In this document: positions 18,238 to 26,754 of the stretch, in pieces | How the letters are laid out: every line of letters starts with the position of its first letter | Numbering within the stretch: the first letter of the stretch is position 1 | Source of the DNA: Caldilineaceae bacterium | GTDB taxonomy: Bacteria > Chloroflexota > Anaerolineae > Caldilineales > Caldilineaceae | Assembly: GCA_965213535.1 (NCBI GenBank) | Contig: OZ243888.1 | Span: 1,105,876 to 1,169,875, forward strand | Length of the DNA: 64,000 nt | Direction: 5' to 3' | Position numbers and translations under genes: made by a program | Notes under the pieces: model-generated | What the model saw: the letters and a program-made list of their open reading frames with translations, nothing else | What the model was told of the DNA's origin: nothing | The model's database searches: none

Positions 18238-19131
18238 GTGAGACTGAGACACTGCCACACTAACCAAAAGGCCGACGGCACGGGCCTGTACTACTACAAC
18301 GCCCGCTACTACGACCCGTCGATTGGCCAGTTCGTGTCGCCGGATACGCTGATGCCGGATGCGTCGCGGGTTAGCGATTGGAATCGGTACGCTTATGTCC
18401 GCGGCAATCCTCTCAAGTTCAATGATCCGACGGGGCACTTCAGCGAAGAACAGTTAATAGGCTGGTACGGTGAAAACTGGCGGGACAACTTCTCGCAGGC
18501 ATGGATCGACATTCTGCTTGACAGGCCGGGCAGCGAAATCCTGGGTGCGCAGCTGGGTGACATCGTGCTCATGGGCGGAGGGACCGACGCAGAGCGGAGA
18601 GCGGCGTTTGTGCTAGATGAAACGGGCGGTCAACTCACGCTGTGGGACATCGATAACAAGATGGGGCTTCCCTTTCTGCGCGGCGGCGATCAGTCGGTTG
18701 GCTTGTATCGACCGATTGGGCATGAGACAGGACAACCCAAACCGTTGTTGAACTCGGACGCACTGCCCGCCACGAATGGCGGCACGCCATATGATACCTT
18801 ACATGTAAAGATTGCTGGCTCAGGACCAAATGATACTGTTGTTGCGGCAAACTGGTTCACTGGTCAGGTCGGCGGTCATTACATCCATAGTTCAGCTGAT
18901 CTTGCACGATTTTCGGCTGGAGATGCAATGGAGAACGTTTTCTATGGTACTGCTACGGCAGGACTTGGATGGCAAATTGCAACGCGCACTGCCCTGAAGT
19001 CTGCTGGGCCACTCGGTACTGCATATGGAATCTATCAAGCTGCTTACGGCGCCTACAAAGCGACGAAATTCCGCAACACGTATCAAATGACGCCATGCAC
19101 TCCCGGTGTGCATCACTGTAGTGGATGGTGA
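18238..19131 (+). CDS. Orphan Rhs module 3 (core end + Gly/Ala-rich, probably membrane-active tip)
   Basis: QKADGTGLYYYNARYYDPSIGQFVSPDTLMPD..GNPLKFNDPTGH, then a new tip ending GTATAGLGWQIATRTALKSAGPLGTAYGIYQAAYGAY. No credible own start or RBS. Confidence 0.7.
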   Translation: MRLRHCHTNQKADGTGLYYYNARYYDPSIGQFVSPDTLMPDASRVSDWNRYAYVRGNPLKFNDPTGHFSEEQLIGWYGENWRDNFSQAWIDILLDRPGSEILGAQLGDIVLMGGGTDAERRAAFVLDETGGQLTLWDIDNKMGLPFLRGGDQSVGLYRPIGHETGQPKPLLNSDALPATNGGTPYDTLHVKIAGSGPNDTVVAANWFTGQVGGHYIHSSADLARFSAGDAMENVFYGTATAGLGWQIATRTALKSAGPLGTAYGIYQAAYGAYKATKFRNTYQMTPCTPGVHHCSGW

Positions 19132-19385
19132 GGTTGATGATAAACAAGTATATCTTTTCCAATCGCGAATTCTATGTTTGGTGCATCGCGGTATTTGTGA
19201 TGCGAGCGATCAGTTTGTGGCAAAGGGATTGGTTTATGTTCCTTAATGTTCTGGTCCTAATTTGTGGTGTTGGATGGCTTGCCTATGTTACGTCTCCTGT
19301 TCCCGACTGGCGGATACGAGTGGGAACGCATGTTCTTGGAATTGCAGCTGTCGTCTACTTAATCAAATTACAGTTCTTGAACTGA
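19125..19385 (+). CDS. Small membrane protein, putative immunity for orphan 3
   Basis: 86 aa with about three hydrophobic helices. Overlaps the orphan-3 stop by 7 nt. Confidence 0.5.
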   Translation: MVRLMINKYIFSNREFYVWCIAVFVMRAISLWQRDWFMFLNVLVLICGVGWLAYVTSPVPDWRIRVGTHVLGIAAVVYLIKLQFLN

Positions 19386-19395
19386 ATGTGATCAG

Positions 19396-20589
19396 GTGCA
19401 GATATCTAATCCGGCCAGTTTTCGAGCGCAAACCAGCTATGGAAGTTGCGGTTTCGGCACTAAGGACGGGTCAAGGGTAAGCGGAGCAAATGCCGCTTGC
19501 CCTCGACCCGTTTTTGTGTCATCAAGTCCAGCGGCCGCGCAAGCGGTAAGCACGACGCGCTACTACTTCTTCAACGGCCAGCGCATCATGATGGACAATG
19601 GCGACGTCTACTACCTGCACGGCGACCACCTGGGCAGCACCGTGCTGGAGACGGACGACAGCGGCAACCGCCACGCCACCCAAAACTACTTCGCCTTTGG
19701 GGCGCGGCGCGGCGGTACGGGCACGCCCCCCGCCACCGAAAACCAGTTCACCAGCCAAAAGCAGGACGCCACGGGCTTGTACTACTACAACGCCCGCTAC
19801 TACGACCCGGCGATTGGCCAGTTCGTGTCGCCGGATACGCTGGTGCCGGATGCGTCAAGGGTTAGCGACTGGAATCGGTACGCTTATGCGCGCGGGAATC
19901 CGTTGAAGTACTCAGACCCATCAGGGCATCTGTCACAGGACGAAATCAGTGACTACTTTGGCTATAGTGGGGAGTCGCTTGACCAGGTTCGGCAGATGAT
20001 GACAGATGACGGTTGGGCGTCAAGCCTAGTCAACTGGCTATCCGATGCAGATACCCAGTTTGGCGACGTATTCTCCTTCTTCGATGCAGGCAGTGAGCAT
20101 CTAGGTGAGGCAATGCTGGCGCTGTTCGAGACGGAGGGGTCATGGCGACGGACGTACCGAGGCGGATTCTACGGTGTCACCGGAGAAGGTCGAGGGGTGG
20201 AAGTATACCGTTCACAGATTGCTACAATCGATGGAAACCACCCTGCTGCTGCGGATTGGGAGAAGGACTTTGGTGGTAATTATGCCCTCCTTCCCAAAAA
20301 GACGGGTAGCGATTACCGAAACTACTATGACACGCAGGAATATCGGCAGTTGAGCAGTAAACGGGTAGCGGGTGAAGTGCTCACGGTGTATGGAATCGCT
20401 AGTCCTGCCGCTGCAAAATTAGCTAATAAGGCAATTGCTTTGGTTGATGTTGTGGCTGCGGTTGCGGGTGTGTACTCCATTTCAGAAGGCTCTCACAAAT
20501 CATATCCAGTTATTCCATTACCACGTCCAGTGAGTGGTAATTCGCCCTTGCTCGAAAGATTTGATACACCAAGAGGGCATTATCAATAG
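19396..20589 (+). CDS. Orphan Rhs module 4 (longest retained core + hydrophobic tip)
   Basis: From about 19528: AAAQAVSTTRYYFFNGQ..LHGDHLGSTVLETDDSGN..YYYNARYYDPAIGQFVSPDTLVPD..GNPLKYSDPSGH. The ORF 5' extension covers the upstream terminator and is probably not coding. Confidence 0.7.
   Translation: MQISNPASFRAQTSYGSCGFGTKDGSRVSGANAACPRPVFVSSSPAAAQAVSTTRYYFFNGQRIMMDNGDVYYLHGDHLGSTVLETDDSGNRHATQNYFAFGARRGGTGTPPATENQFTSQKQDATGLYYYNARYYDPAIGQFVSPDTLVPDASRVSDWNRYAYARGNPLKYSDPSGHLSQDEISDYFGYSGESLDQVRQMMTDDGWASSLVNWLSDADTQFGDVFSFFDAGSEHLGEAMLALFETEGSWRRTYRGGFYGVTGEGRGVEVYRSQIATIDGNHPAAADWEKDFGGNYALLPKKTGSDYRNYYDTQEYRQLSSKRVAGEVLTVYGIASPAAAKLANKAIALVDVVAAVAGVYSISEGSHKSYPVIPLPRPVSGNSPLLERFDTPRGHYQ
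19468..19515 (+). terminator. Hairpin plus T-run after orphan-3 immunity ORF
   Basis: GGGTCAAGGGTAAGCGG / CCGCTTGCCCTCGACCC stem (one mismatch, one G-T), followed by G-TTTTT. Confidence 0.55.
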
Positions 20590-20602
20590 GAGTTATACCC
20601 TT

Positions 20603-20923
20603 ATGTGTAGAGAAAGTATTGGTTCAGTTCTCATTGAGCCAACTACGCTTGCTTTGGTCATCGGTTTTACCGCCATTGCTTACGGTATGGCTCGAAACTA
20701 TGAAAAGCATCTAGGTATCGGCGATGGTACAAGCCGCCCAAAAGCAAAGACGGTTTTCATTTTGTCCATTGTCCTGGTTGTCCCGCTCGTGCTCTTCATG
20801 CTGTGGGGAGAGTGTAGTTCTGACTTCTTCGAACTTCTGGCGCTTATTGGAATACCCATTTGGTTCATCGGGTGGTTAATTTGGTTTGGTCGGCGGTATA
20901 GGCGGTACCTATCGAGGCATTGA
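20603..20923 (+). CDS. Small membrane protein, putative immunity for orphan 4
   Basis: Internal ATG at 20603. About three hydrophobic helices (LALVIGFTAIAYG, VFILSIVLVVPLVLFMLW, LALIGIPIWFIGWLIWF). Confidence 0.5.
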   Translation: MCRESIGSVLIEPTTLALVIGFTAIAYGMARNYEKHLGIGDGTSRPKAKTVFILSIVLVVPLVLFMLWGECSSDFFELLALIGIPIWFIGWLIWFGRRYRRYLSRH

Positions 20924-20979
20924 TTTCTTTCGTCCCAAGCAGTAATTTCTTCCGCCTGGAAGTATCCACCATAAAACAA

Positions 20980-21019
20980 GGAGGTAGCAACACGTTGCTA
21001 CCTCCTTGTTGTTTGTGTT
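20980..21019 (+). terminator. Hairpin terminator
   Basis: GGAGGTAGCAAC / GTTGCTACCTCC perfect stem followed by TTGTTGTTTGTGTT. Rhs homology of orphan 5 starts directly after it. Confidence 0.6.
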
Positions 21020-22016
21020 CGCCCACCTGGGCAGCACGGTACTGGAGACGGACGACAGCGACAATCGCCACGCCACCCAAATCCACTTTGCCTTTGGCGC
21101 CAGACGCGGCGGCACGGCGTTGACGCCCGCCACCGAAAACCAGTACACCGGCCAAAAGCTGGACGGCACGGGCTTGTACTATTACAACGCCCGCTACTAC
21201 GACCCGGCGATTGGCCAGTTCGTGTCGCCGGATACGATTGTGCCGGATGCGTCGCGGGTGATGGATTATAATCGGTATATGTACGGATATGGCAATCCGA
21301 TCCGTAATGCTGATCCCAGTGGGCATACGCCGTGGGATGTAATTGATGTCGGTTTCTGGGTATGGAGCGCGAAAGACTTTGCACAGAACCCCTCTTGGGG
21401 CAATGCTGGCTGGCTTGCAGCGGATACCGTCAGTCTGCTGCCAATTATTCCTTCATCCGGTTACGCTACCCGTGGGGCAAGAATGCTACGACGCGGCGAC
21501 CAAGCCGCAGATACAGCAAGAAGAACGGCTAATGTCGCTCAGGGTGCCGACGAAATCGCAGGGGCTGGTATCGGCAGATGGACAAGGCATAATGAAGTCG
21601 TTGACCAATCAGTAATCCAGCAGGTTGAAGGCAACTGGTGTGTACTTGCTTGTGCCGAAATGTTGACAAACGGCGGAGCAACCCAGCGTCAGCTCAGTGG
21701 ACTTGTCGATATCGTATCAGCTGGGACTGATCCAGAGGCTGTTGCCGCAGTGCTGAATAGGTTAGATCCCAACGCTGTAAAAACATGGACTGCTGGCAAT
21801 GTGTTGCATCTGCCTGATCCCTTCGGTGCGGTAAGCAGTACAGGTTCATGGGGAGCAATGATGAAAATAGACGGGGGACATCACATGATTATTGTGGACG
21901 GAATAGATGAAGCGGGCATGGTAATGGTTCGTGACCCCTATGCGGCATCGCGGTATAATACGACCCTTGATGAATTCCACGCCTTTTGGACTGAGAATGT
22001 TCTCTTCAGTCAATGA
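21006..22016 (+). CDS. Orphan Rhs module 5 with papain-like cysteine-peptidase tip
   Basis: HLGSTVLETDDSDN..YYYNARYYDPAIGQFVSPDTIVPD..GNPIRNADPSGH. The tip has EGNWCVLACAEML (Cys), GGHHMIIVDG (His) and VRDP. Confidence 0.65.
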   Translation: MLFVFAHLGSTVLETDDSDNRHATQIHFAFGARRGGTALTPATENQYTGQKLDGTGLYYYNARYYDPAIGQFVSPDTIVPDASRVMDYNRYMYGYGNPIRNADPSGHTPWDVIDVGFWVWSAKDFAQNPSWGNAGWLAADTVSLLPIIPSSGYATRGARMLRRGDQAADTARRTANVAQGADEIAGAGIGRWTRHNEVVDQSVIQQVEGNWCVLACAEMLTNGGATQRQLSGLVDIVSAGTDPEAVAAVLNRLDPNAVKTWTAGNVLHLPDPFGAVSSTGSWGAMMKIDGGHHMIIVDGIDEAGMVMVRDPYAASRYNTTLDEFHAFWTENVLFSQ

Positions 22017-22318
22017 GGAAAGATAGAATGAATAGTTCAATTTCTGTGTTGTATGCAATCGAACCCGTAATAGATAAGGGAACTTATCTTGCAAAGGTTC
22101 AAATCGGAACTGAAAACTATGCATTCCTAATGACGGTAGATGAAAGCGGAAAGATTTCTGTCGTCAAGGATAGCAGTGAGGGGCGGCTCTTTTCATCTCT
22201 TGGGCACGATATTGATAGTTATACCAATGTTTTCAAAGCGGTTGGTCGAAAACATCAAGGCGAAGAGCTGTCTCTTCCTATCTATCTGAATGAGGAGTTT
22301 GACGCAGAAGGTGCGTAG
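22013..22318 (+). CDS. Putative immunity protein for orphan 5
   Basis: 101-aa ORF overlapping the orphan-5 stop by 4 nt. No family recognised. Confidence 0.45.
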   Translation: MRKDRMNSSISVLYAIEPVIDKGTYLAKVQIGTENYAFLMTVDESGKISVVKDSSEGRLFSSLGHDIDSYTNVFKAVGRKHQGEELSLPIYLNEEFDAEGA

Positions 22319-22378
22319 ACTCATAGCTGTTTTCGGGCGCGGGGCAGCGACGGGGGTTGTAGTTCCGGCGCGGAGGGC

Positions 22379-22420
22379 GGGTCAAGGGTGAGCGCAGCGA
22401 ACGTAGCTTGCCCTTGACGC
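22379..22420. repeat. Second copy of the 19468 hairpin (no T-run)
   Basis: GGGTCAAGGGTGAGCGC...GCTTGCCCTTGACGC. The first 16 to 17 nt nearly match 19468-19484. Confidence 0.5.
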
Positions 22421-22523
22421 GACCGAGCACCGGAGTAAGCTGGCTCCCCCGCTGCAACGGGCTATGTGGTTGTTGTTGACCTTGTTTCGTGCCTAGTCAG
22501 TTACCCTGCGGCTTTGCCTTCAT

Positions 22524-23792
22524 CTACGGCTCGGCAAGGCTCGACGGCGGCAGCTCGAAGGTGCGCGTGCCCCAAGGTAGGTGAGTCAACTCCCGACCAA
22601 TGCCCAGCCGGTCAAGCTGTTCGCGGGTGAAGCGCAGCGCCGTCGTGCCTTGGGGCAGGTGGCGGACGCCCGCGCGGTAGGCAAAGCGGAACATGGAACG
22701 CGCCACGTCTGTCGGCTCGGCGTGGCGGTCGACCTGCTCCCCGTTGAGCACGTGCCAGACCGTCACCAGCAGCTTGCGCGCCACGGCCACGATGGCCTTG
22801 CTGCGCCCAATGCGCTTTTCCAGCCGCCGGAACTCGCGCTTCCAGTGGGGATGGTGGCGCACGGCGTTGTGGGCCGCCTGCACCAGCACCCAGCGCAGGT
22901 CTCTCCGCCCGCTCTTGGTGATGCGCCCGCGCCACTGGCTCTGCCCGCTCTCGTGCACCTTCGCCCCCAACCCGGCATAGCCCACCAGCTGCTTGGCGCT
23001 GGGAAAGCGCGCAATATCGCCAATGGCCGCCAGCACCGTCATGGTGGTGATGACGCCAAAGCCGGGCAGTTGGGCTAGCAACGGCGCACGCTCGTCCTCG
23101 GCGGCCAGCGCGCCCAGGCAGTCGTTGAGGCTTTTGAGCTGACTGTTGGCGAAGTCGAGCGTGTCCAGGTCGGAGCCGATGCGGAAGCGCTCCAGCGTGG
23201 AAAGAGGTAACGACAGCCACCACTCCTTGGCCTCTTGACTATAGAGGTCGAGTTCGTCGGGCGGCACGATGTGCTCGCGGTGCAGCACGTTCTGCAGGCG
23301 ACACTTGGCGACCGCGCCCAGCTTGCTCATCTTGCGTCGCTGCGCCACCAGCGCCCGCAGGTCGCGCACGGCTTTGGGCGGCACCCAGACGCCGGGCAGC
23401 AGCCCCGCCGCGTGCAGCTTGGCCAGCGCCAGCGCCGCTTTCTTGTCGGTCATCACCTGGGCGCGGGTGATGAGCTTGACGTGGGGCGGATGCACCACCG
23501 TCACGGAATGGACGTAGGGTTCGAGCGCGTCGACCATGTGCCACGTGTTGGTGGTCATTTCCAGCACCACCGCATCGTCGGGCGTCAGCACTTTGGCTAT
23601 CCACGCTTCGAGCTGGCTGTTGGACACTTTCTTGGGGCTGTAGACCTGATTTTGCTTGGCGTCGACGGCGGTCGCGACGAAGTAGTGTTTGTGGATGTCC
23701 AGCCCCATGAAGCGGGTCGGCTCGCGGGGGACGGGGGCGGGCGTGTCGCTCCTTTTCTTTTCAACAGCTTGCGTCTCAATCGCTTGTGTCAT
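22524..23792 (-). CDS. IS110-family transposase
   Basis: MGLDIHKHYFVA N-terminal DEDD domain. C-terminal GFGVITTMTVLAAIGDIARFPSAKQLVGYAGLG..ITKSGRRDLR (Transposase_20-type). Confidence 0.9.
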   Translation of the reverse strand: MTQAIETQAVEKKRSDTPAPVPREPTRFMGLDIHKHYFVATAVDAKQNQVYSPKKVSNSQLEAWIAKVLTPDDAVVLEMTTNTWHMVDALEPYVHSVTVVHPPHVKLITRAQVMTDKKAALALAKLHAAGLLPGVWVPPKAVRDLRALVAQRRKMSKLGAVAKCRLQNVLHREHIVPPDELDLYSQEAKEWWLSLPLSTLERFRIGSDLDTLDFANSQLKSLNDCLGALAAEDERAPLLAQLPGFGVITTMTVLAAIGDIARFPSAKQLVGYAGLGAKVHESGQSQWRGRITKSGRRDLRWVLVQAAHNAVRHHPHWKREFRRLEKRIGRSKAIVAVARKLLVTVWHVLNGEQVDRHAEPTDVARSMFRFAYRAGVRHLPQGTTALRFTREQLDRLGIGRELTHLPWGTRTFELPPSSLAEP

Positions 23793-24200
23793 CGAGGACC
23801 TCCTTGTAGGATAGGCGGCAGTCTCTACCCGGGCTGCCCTGTTCGCAGGTGCGCCTACCACGGCGGCTGACGCCTGCCGGGATGCGCAACCCACTGTGGG
23901 CCAGGGGCAGCGGTTGGAGGAAGCACAACTTCACACACGGATACGAGTTCGCTGCGCTGGTCAATTCTCACGTCTCCCAGCCAGCCTCTCACAGAATCGG
24001 GTGCGAGCGGGCAGCCAAACACGTGCGCGGGCTGGCGCCATGGTCACAAGACCTTCGCGCTTCCCATACATGAAACCGGCTGTCCCTCACGTTCTGCCTC
24101 TGGGGCAACGCTCCCGCTCGGTCTGAGCCAAAGCATACCCCCGCGGCCCCTGTCCCGCAACCCCGCACGGCGTCCCCTACGACGTTGCCTTATCATTCAA
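23793..24200 (-). ncRNA. Candidate IS110 bridge/guide RNA region (5' non-coding end of the IS)
   Basis: About 400 nt of non-coding sequence upstream of the transposase, inside the element. By analogy with IS110/IS621 elements only; no structure was computed. Confidence 0.25.
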
Positions 24201-24206
24201 CACACG

Positions 24207-24881
24207 TACGGAAATCCATTGCGCTACAGTGACCCGACGGGGCATACACCACGTGGACCGTACATCAATCCAGGGAGCAACCGTAGGTTTTGGTGTGGCG
24301 GTGCGCCGTCAATGGATCCATACCGCGTTACAAATCAACAGATAGAGGAAGCCGCAGAACGCCGTCAAGAGCTAGCTGATTTTGCGCTCGGCACAACAAG
24401 CGAACTTGCAAGCTGGTCACCAGCAGGCGATGTGCAAGATGCAAGTTCCTTTGTTTTTGGCAAAGATGTGATTACAGGCGAAAAATTTGGAATTGGTAAC
24501 CGTATCGCAACTGGGTTAGGCGCAGCACCTATACCTTTGGTCACAGGAAAACGATTGAGGCAGCTACGTCGTTTCGTCATGAATTTGGCACCGCAAACCC
24601 ATCATGTGCTCTCGAACAAGCATAGATCTAGATGGACGCCGTTGTTTAGGGAGATCACAGATGATTACGATTTGAGCCTTGATGGAAGCTGGAATAAAAT
24701 TGAAATTCCCCACCGAGGTCGTCATCCTAATGAGTACCATGAGTGGGTGCATGAAAGAATACAAGCTATTGACAGAATCGCTCAGGGAGACCGAGACACA
24801 TTTCTCAGATTGTTCGACGAGGAAGTTGTGCAAGTAGTACAAGATACGCCCGAAATGCTTCGAAGAGAGTACTGGAGGTGA
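24207..24881 (+). CDS. Orphan Rhs module 6, 5'-truncated by IS110; AHH-type HNH/EndoVII-fold nuclease tip
   Basis: YGNPLRYSDPTGH, then QTHHVLSNKH...NKIEIPHRGRHPNEYHEWVHERI (xHH ... H..YH pattern of AHH-like nucleases). Confidence 0.6.
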   Translation, partial: YGNPLRYSDPTGHTPRGPYINPGSNRRFWCGGAPSMDPYRVTNQQIEEAAERRQELADFALGTTSELASWSPAGDVQDASSFVFGKDVITGEKFGIGNRIATGLGAAPIPLVTGKRLRQLRRFVMNLAPQTHHVLSNKHRSRWTPLFREITDDYDLSLDGSWNKIEIPHRGRHPNEYHEWVHERIQAIDRIAQGDRDTFLRLFDEEVVQVVQDTPEMLRREYWR

Positions 24882-25477
24882 TGGCGATGCACTCAGGCAT
24901 GTTCTATAAGTTGTGGCCTGATGATACAAATAAGAACAGTGCTATTTGTATCAAAAAGAAAGTGAAGCCATTTAATCGGCATCGCTTAAATAGCGGCCAT
25001 CATATCGGGAATGATGAGTGGCCTCACAATGCAACTTTTTACATGAGTGACGGACTTTTAGATGATTATCTCATTGGGGGGATGAGCTATTTCCCAATGT
25101 CTGATCGTTTAAAGGGTGCGATTGAAAGCCTAGTGGGAGACGGCGCGCAGTTTCTCCCAGTACAAATCAAACAGGGCGCAGACAATCCCACTCAGAAGCA
25201 GTACTGGATAATGAATGTGCTTCAAGTTGTTGATGCATTGGATTGGAAGCGAACGAAGTGGGTAAATCCCCAAAAAGTTTTAACCGATCCGCATCCTGTG
25301 CTAAACATTGCAATCCCCGTGCTTGAGGCCGCTTCCCTACAGGGGATTAGCGTCTTCAACCTGAAAATTAAAGACGATATTAGTCCTCAAGTGTACGTAT
25401 CCGAACGAGTTATGAAGAGCATAAGAAACCGAGGAGTGGATGTTGGTTTGAAGCTTAGGCCAATTAGCGCCTACTAA
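24878..25477 (+). CDS. Putative immunity protein, DUF1629/Imm11-like
   Basis: 199 aa overlapping the toxin stop by 4 nt. MFYKLWPDD.., MSDRLKGAIESLVGDGAQFLPVQI and YWIMNVLQVVDALD resemble DUF1629 immunity proteins found with AHH nucleases. Confidence 0.5.
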   Translation: MMAMHSGMFYKLWPDDTNKNSAICIKKKVKPFNRHRLNSGHHIGNDEWPHNATFYMSDGLLDDYLIGGMSYFPMSDRLKGAIESLVGDGAQFLPVQIKQGADNPTQKQYWIMNVLQVVDALDWKRTKWVNPQKVLTDPHPVLNIAIPVLEAASLQGISVFNLKIKDDISPQVYVSERVMKSIRNRGVDVGLKLRPISAY

Positions 25478-25490
25478 TCACTTGCTAATC

Positions 25491-25526
25491 AGAGAAGCGG
25501 AGCCAATGATTTGGCTCCGCTTCTCT
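25491..25526 (+). terminator. Perfect 16-bp hairpin after the immunity ORF
   Basis: AGAGAAGCGGAGCCAA-TGAT-TTGGCTCCGCTTCTCT. The T-tract is weak. Confidence 0.4.
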
Positions 25527-26359
25527 ATTACTACACCGGCCAAAAAGCCGATCCCACCGGCCTCTACTACGACAACGCCCGCGACGACGACCCGTCGCTG
25601 GGCCAGTTCGTGTCGTCGGATACGATTGTGCCGGATGCGAGTCGGGTGGGGGATTATAATCGGTACATGTATGGGCGCGGGAATCCACTGAAGTTCAATG
25701 ATCCAAGTGGGCATCAGACCAACTGCATGTACAATGACAATAGCATAGATTGCTCAGGCAGTCCTATCACCGGCGGTGAAACGTTGGAACTGAACCTCGA
25801 CGTTGAGTTGGTCGAAATTGAATCTTCGGACGCAAATAGTGAGGTAAGTTACAACAGAGTTCAAGAAGTAGGGGGCCACGTGCTCGATGCGCTGTTGTTG
25901 CCGGGAGCTTATTCTGTCGGCCCGACGATAAGTGCAGGTCTCGGAGTAGACGTCACGGCAAGCATTCCTCTTATCTCCATGGATGAGCATGGAAATGTGG
26001 TAGTGGGTGGACTTGAAATTGGTGGTGGTGGTACCACAGGAATCAACATTGATCGCGGTGTCTATTTCCAGCATATGCCAACTGCGTCAAACGTGGAAGC
26101 ACTGGAAGCATGGACGACATATGCTGGGCTAGCGTTTGGAGAAGGGGCATACATTTCCGGTGAAGTCAACGTTGCAAACGATCCTGTGACAGGAGAGCCA
26201 ATCTTCGGGTATGTGGTCAGTGGTGGGGGCCCTGCGGTGAAAGCAAATTATCCGGTGCTGCCGCTTGAGTTTTATGGTGGTGAAACCTATACTTGGCATA
26301 CCCCGTTCAGATTCAATCTCTACAAATTCTTCAATCTGCCTGCGCCTGAAGGAGAGTGA
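25511..26359 (+). CDS. Orphan Rhs module 7 (mutated core, Gly-rich tip)
   Basis: YYYTGQKADPTGLYYDNARDDDPSLGQFVSSDTIVPD..GNPLKFNDPSGH, then a Gly-rich tip (VVGGLEIGGGGTTGINIDRG..VVSGGGPAVKAN). Confidence 0.6.
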   Translation: MAPLLYYYTGQKADPTGLYYDNARDDDPSLGQFVSSDTIVPDASRVGDYNRYMYGRGNPLKFNDPSGHQTNCMYNDNSIDCSGSPITGGETLELNLDVELVEIESSDANSEVSYNRVQEVGGHVLDALLLPGAYSVGPTISAGLGVDVTASIPLISMDEHGNVVVGGLEIGGGGTTGINIDRGVYFQHMPTASNVEALEAWTTYAGLAFGEGAYISGEVNVANDPVTGEPIFGYVVSGGGPAVKANYPVLPLEFYGGETYTWHTPFRFNLYKFFNLPAPEGE

Positions 26360-26362
26360 AGC

Positions 26363-26725
26363 ATGAATTTCACTATGCAAAACGTCTTTTGGCTCATTGT
26401 TACTTTTGTTGTCCCTGGAGTGTTTGTCTTTAATCTGCTTTTTCGACCTCATCGGTTTGTTAAGTGGCAAGGCAGAACGTACAAAGCCATTTATAAAGAC
26501 GCACTTCATATGTCGGATCAAGAAATTGATCGCCGTTACCAGCTACCGACGGATCGTTTTCTGATGGGGATGCGTAGCGACTTTGTTCGCAACGCTTCGG
26601 AGAATCCACAAAGTTATACTCGACTTATCTTCATCTACCGAGTAACCGGTTCCATTTTGGCCTTTTTCCTGGTGCTTGCTTTTGGTCTAGTTCTGCTTGG
26701 CATCACGCGAGGTGCATTCCTATAG
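26363..26725 (+). CDS. Small membrane protein, putative immunity for orphan 7
   Basis: 120 aa starting 4 nt after the toxin stop. Two hydrophobic helices, at the N- and C-termini. Confidence 0.5.
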   Translation: MNFTMQNVFWLIVTFVVPGVFVFNLLFRPHRFVKWQGRTYKAIYKDALHMSDQEIDRRYQLPTDRFLMGMRSDFVRNASENPQSYTRLIFIYRVTGSILAFFLVLAFGLVLLGITRGAFL

Positions 26726-26754
26726 GCTAACACCGAGGAAATTGAAGAAGGTGT

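Larger units (their letters stand above)
22440..24206 (-). mobile_element. IS110-family insertion sequence (ends approximate)
   Basis: DEDD/IS110 transposase with a short 3' and a long 5' non-coding end. The right flank resumes inside the Rhs core (YGNPLRYSDPTGH at 24207). Confidence 0.65.

Noticed and set aside
19468-19515. Whether the GGGTCAAGGG hairpins (19468, 22379) are integron attC sites, given the integron-integrase-like fragment at 2-79.
   Set aside because: They lack the RYYYAAC/GTTRRRY ends. One is followed by a T-run like an ordinary terminator. The recombinase fragment is 19 kb away and oriented away from typical attI geometry. Rhs homology already explains the cassette structure.
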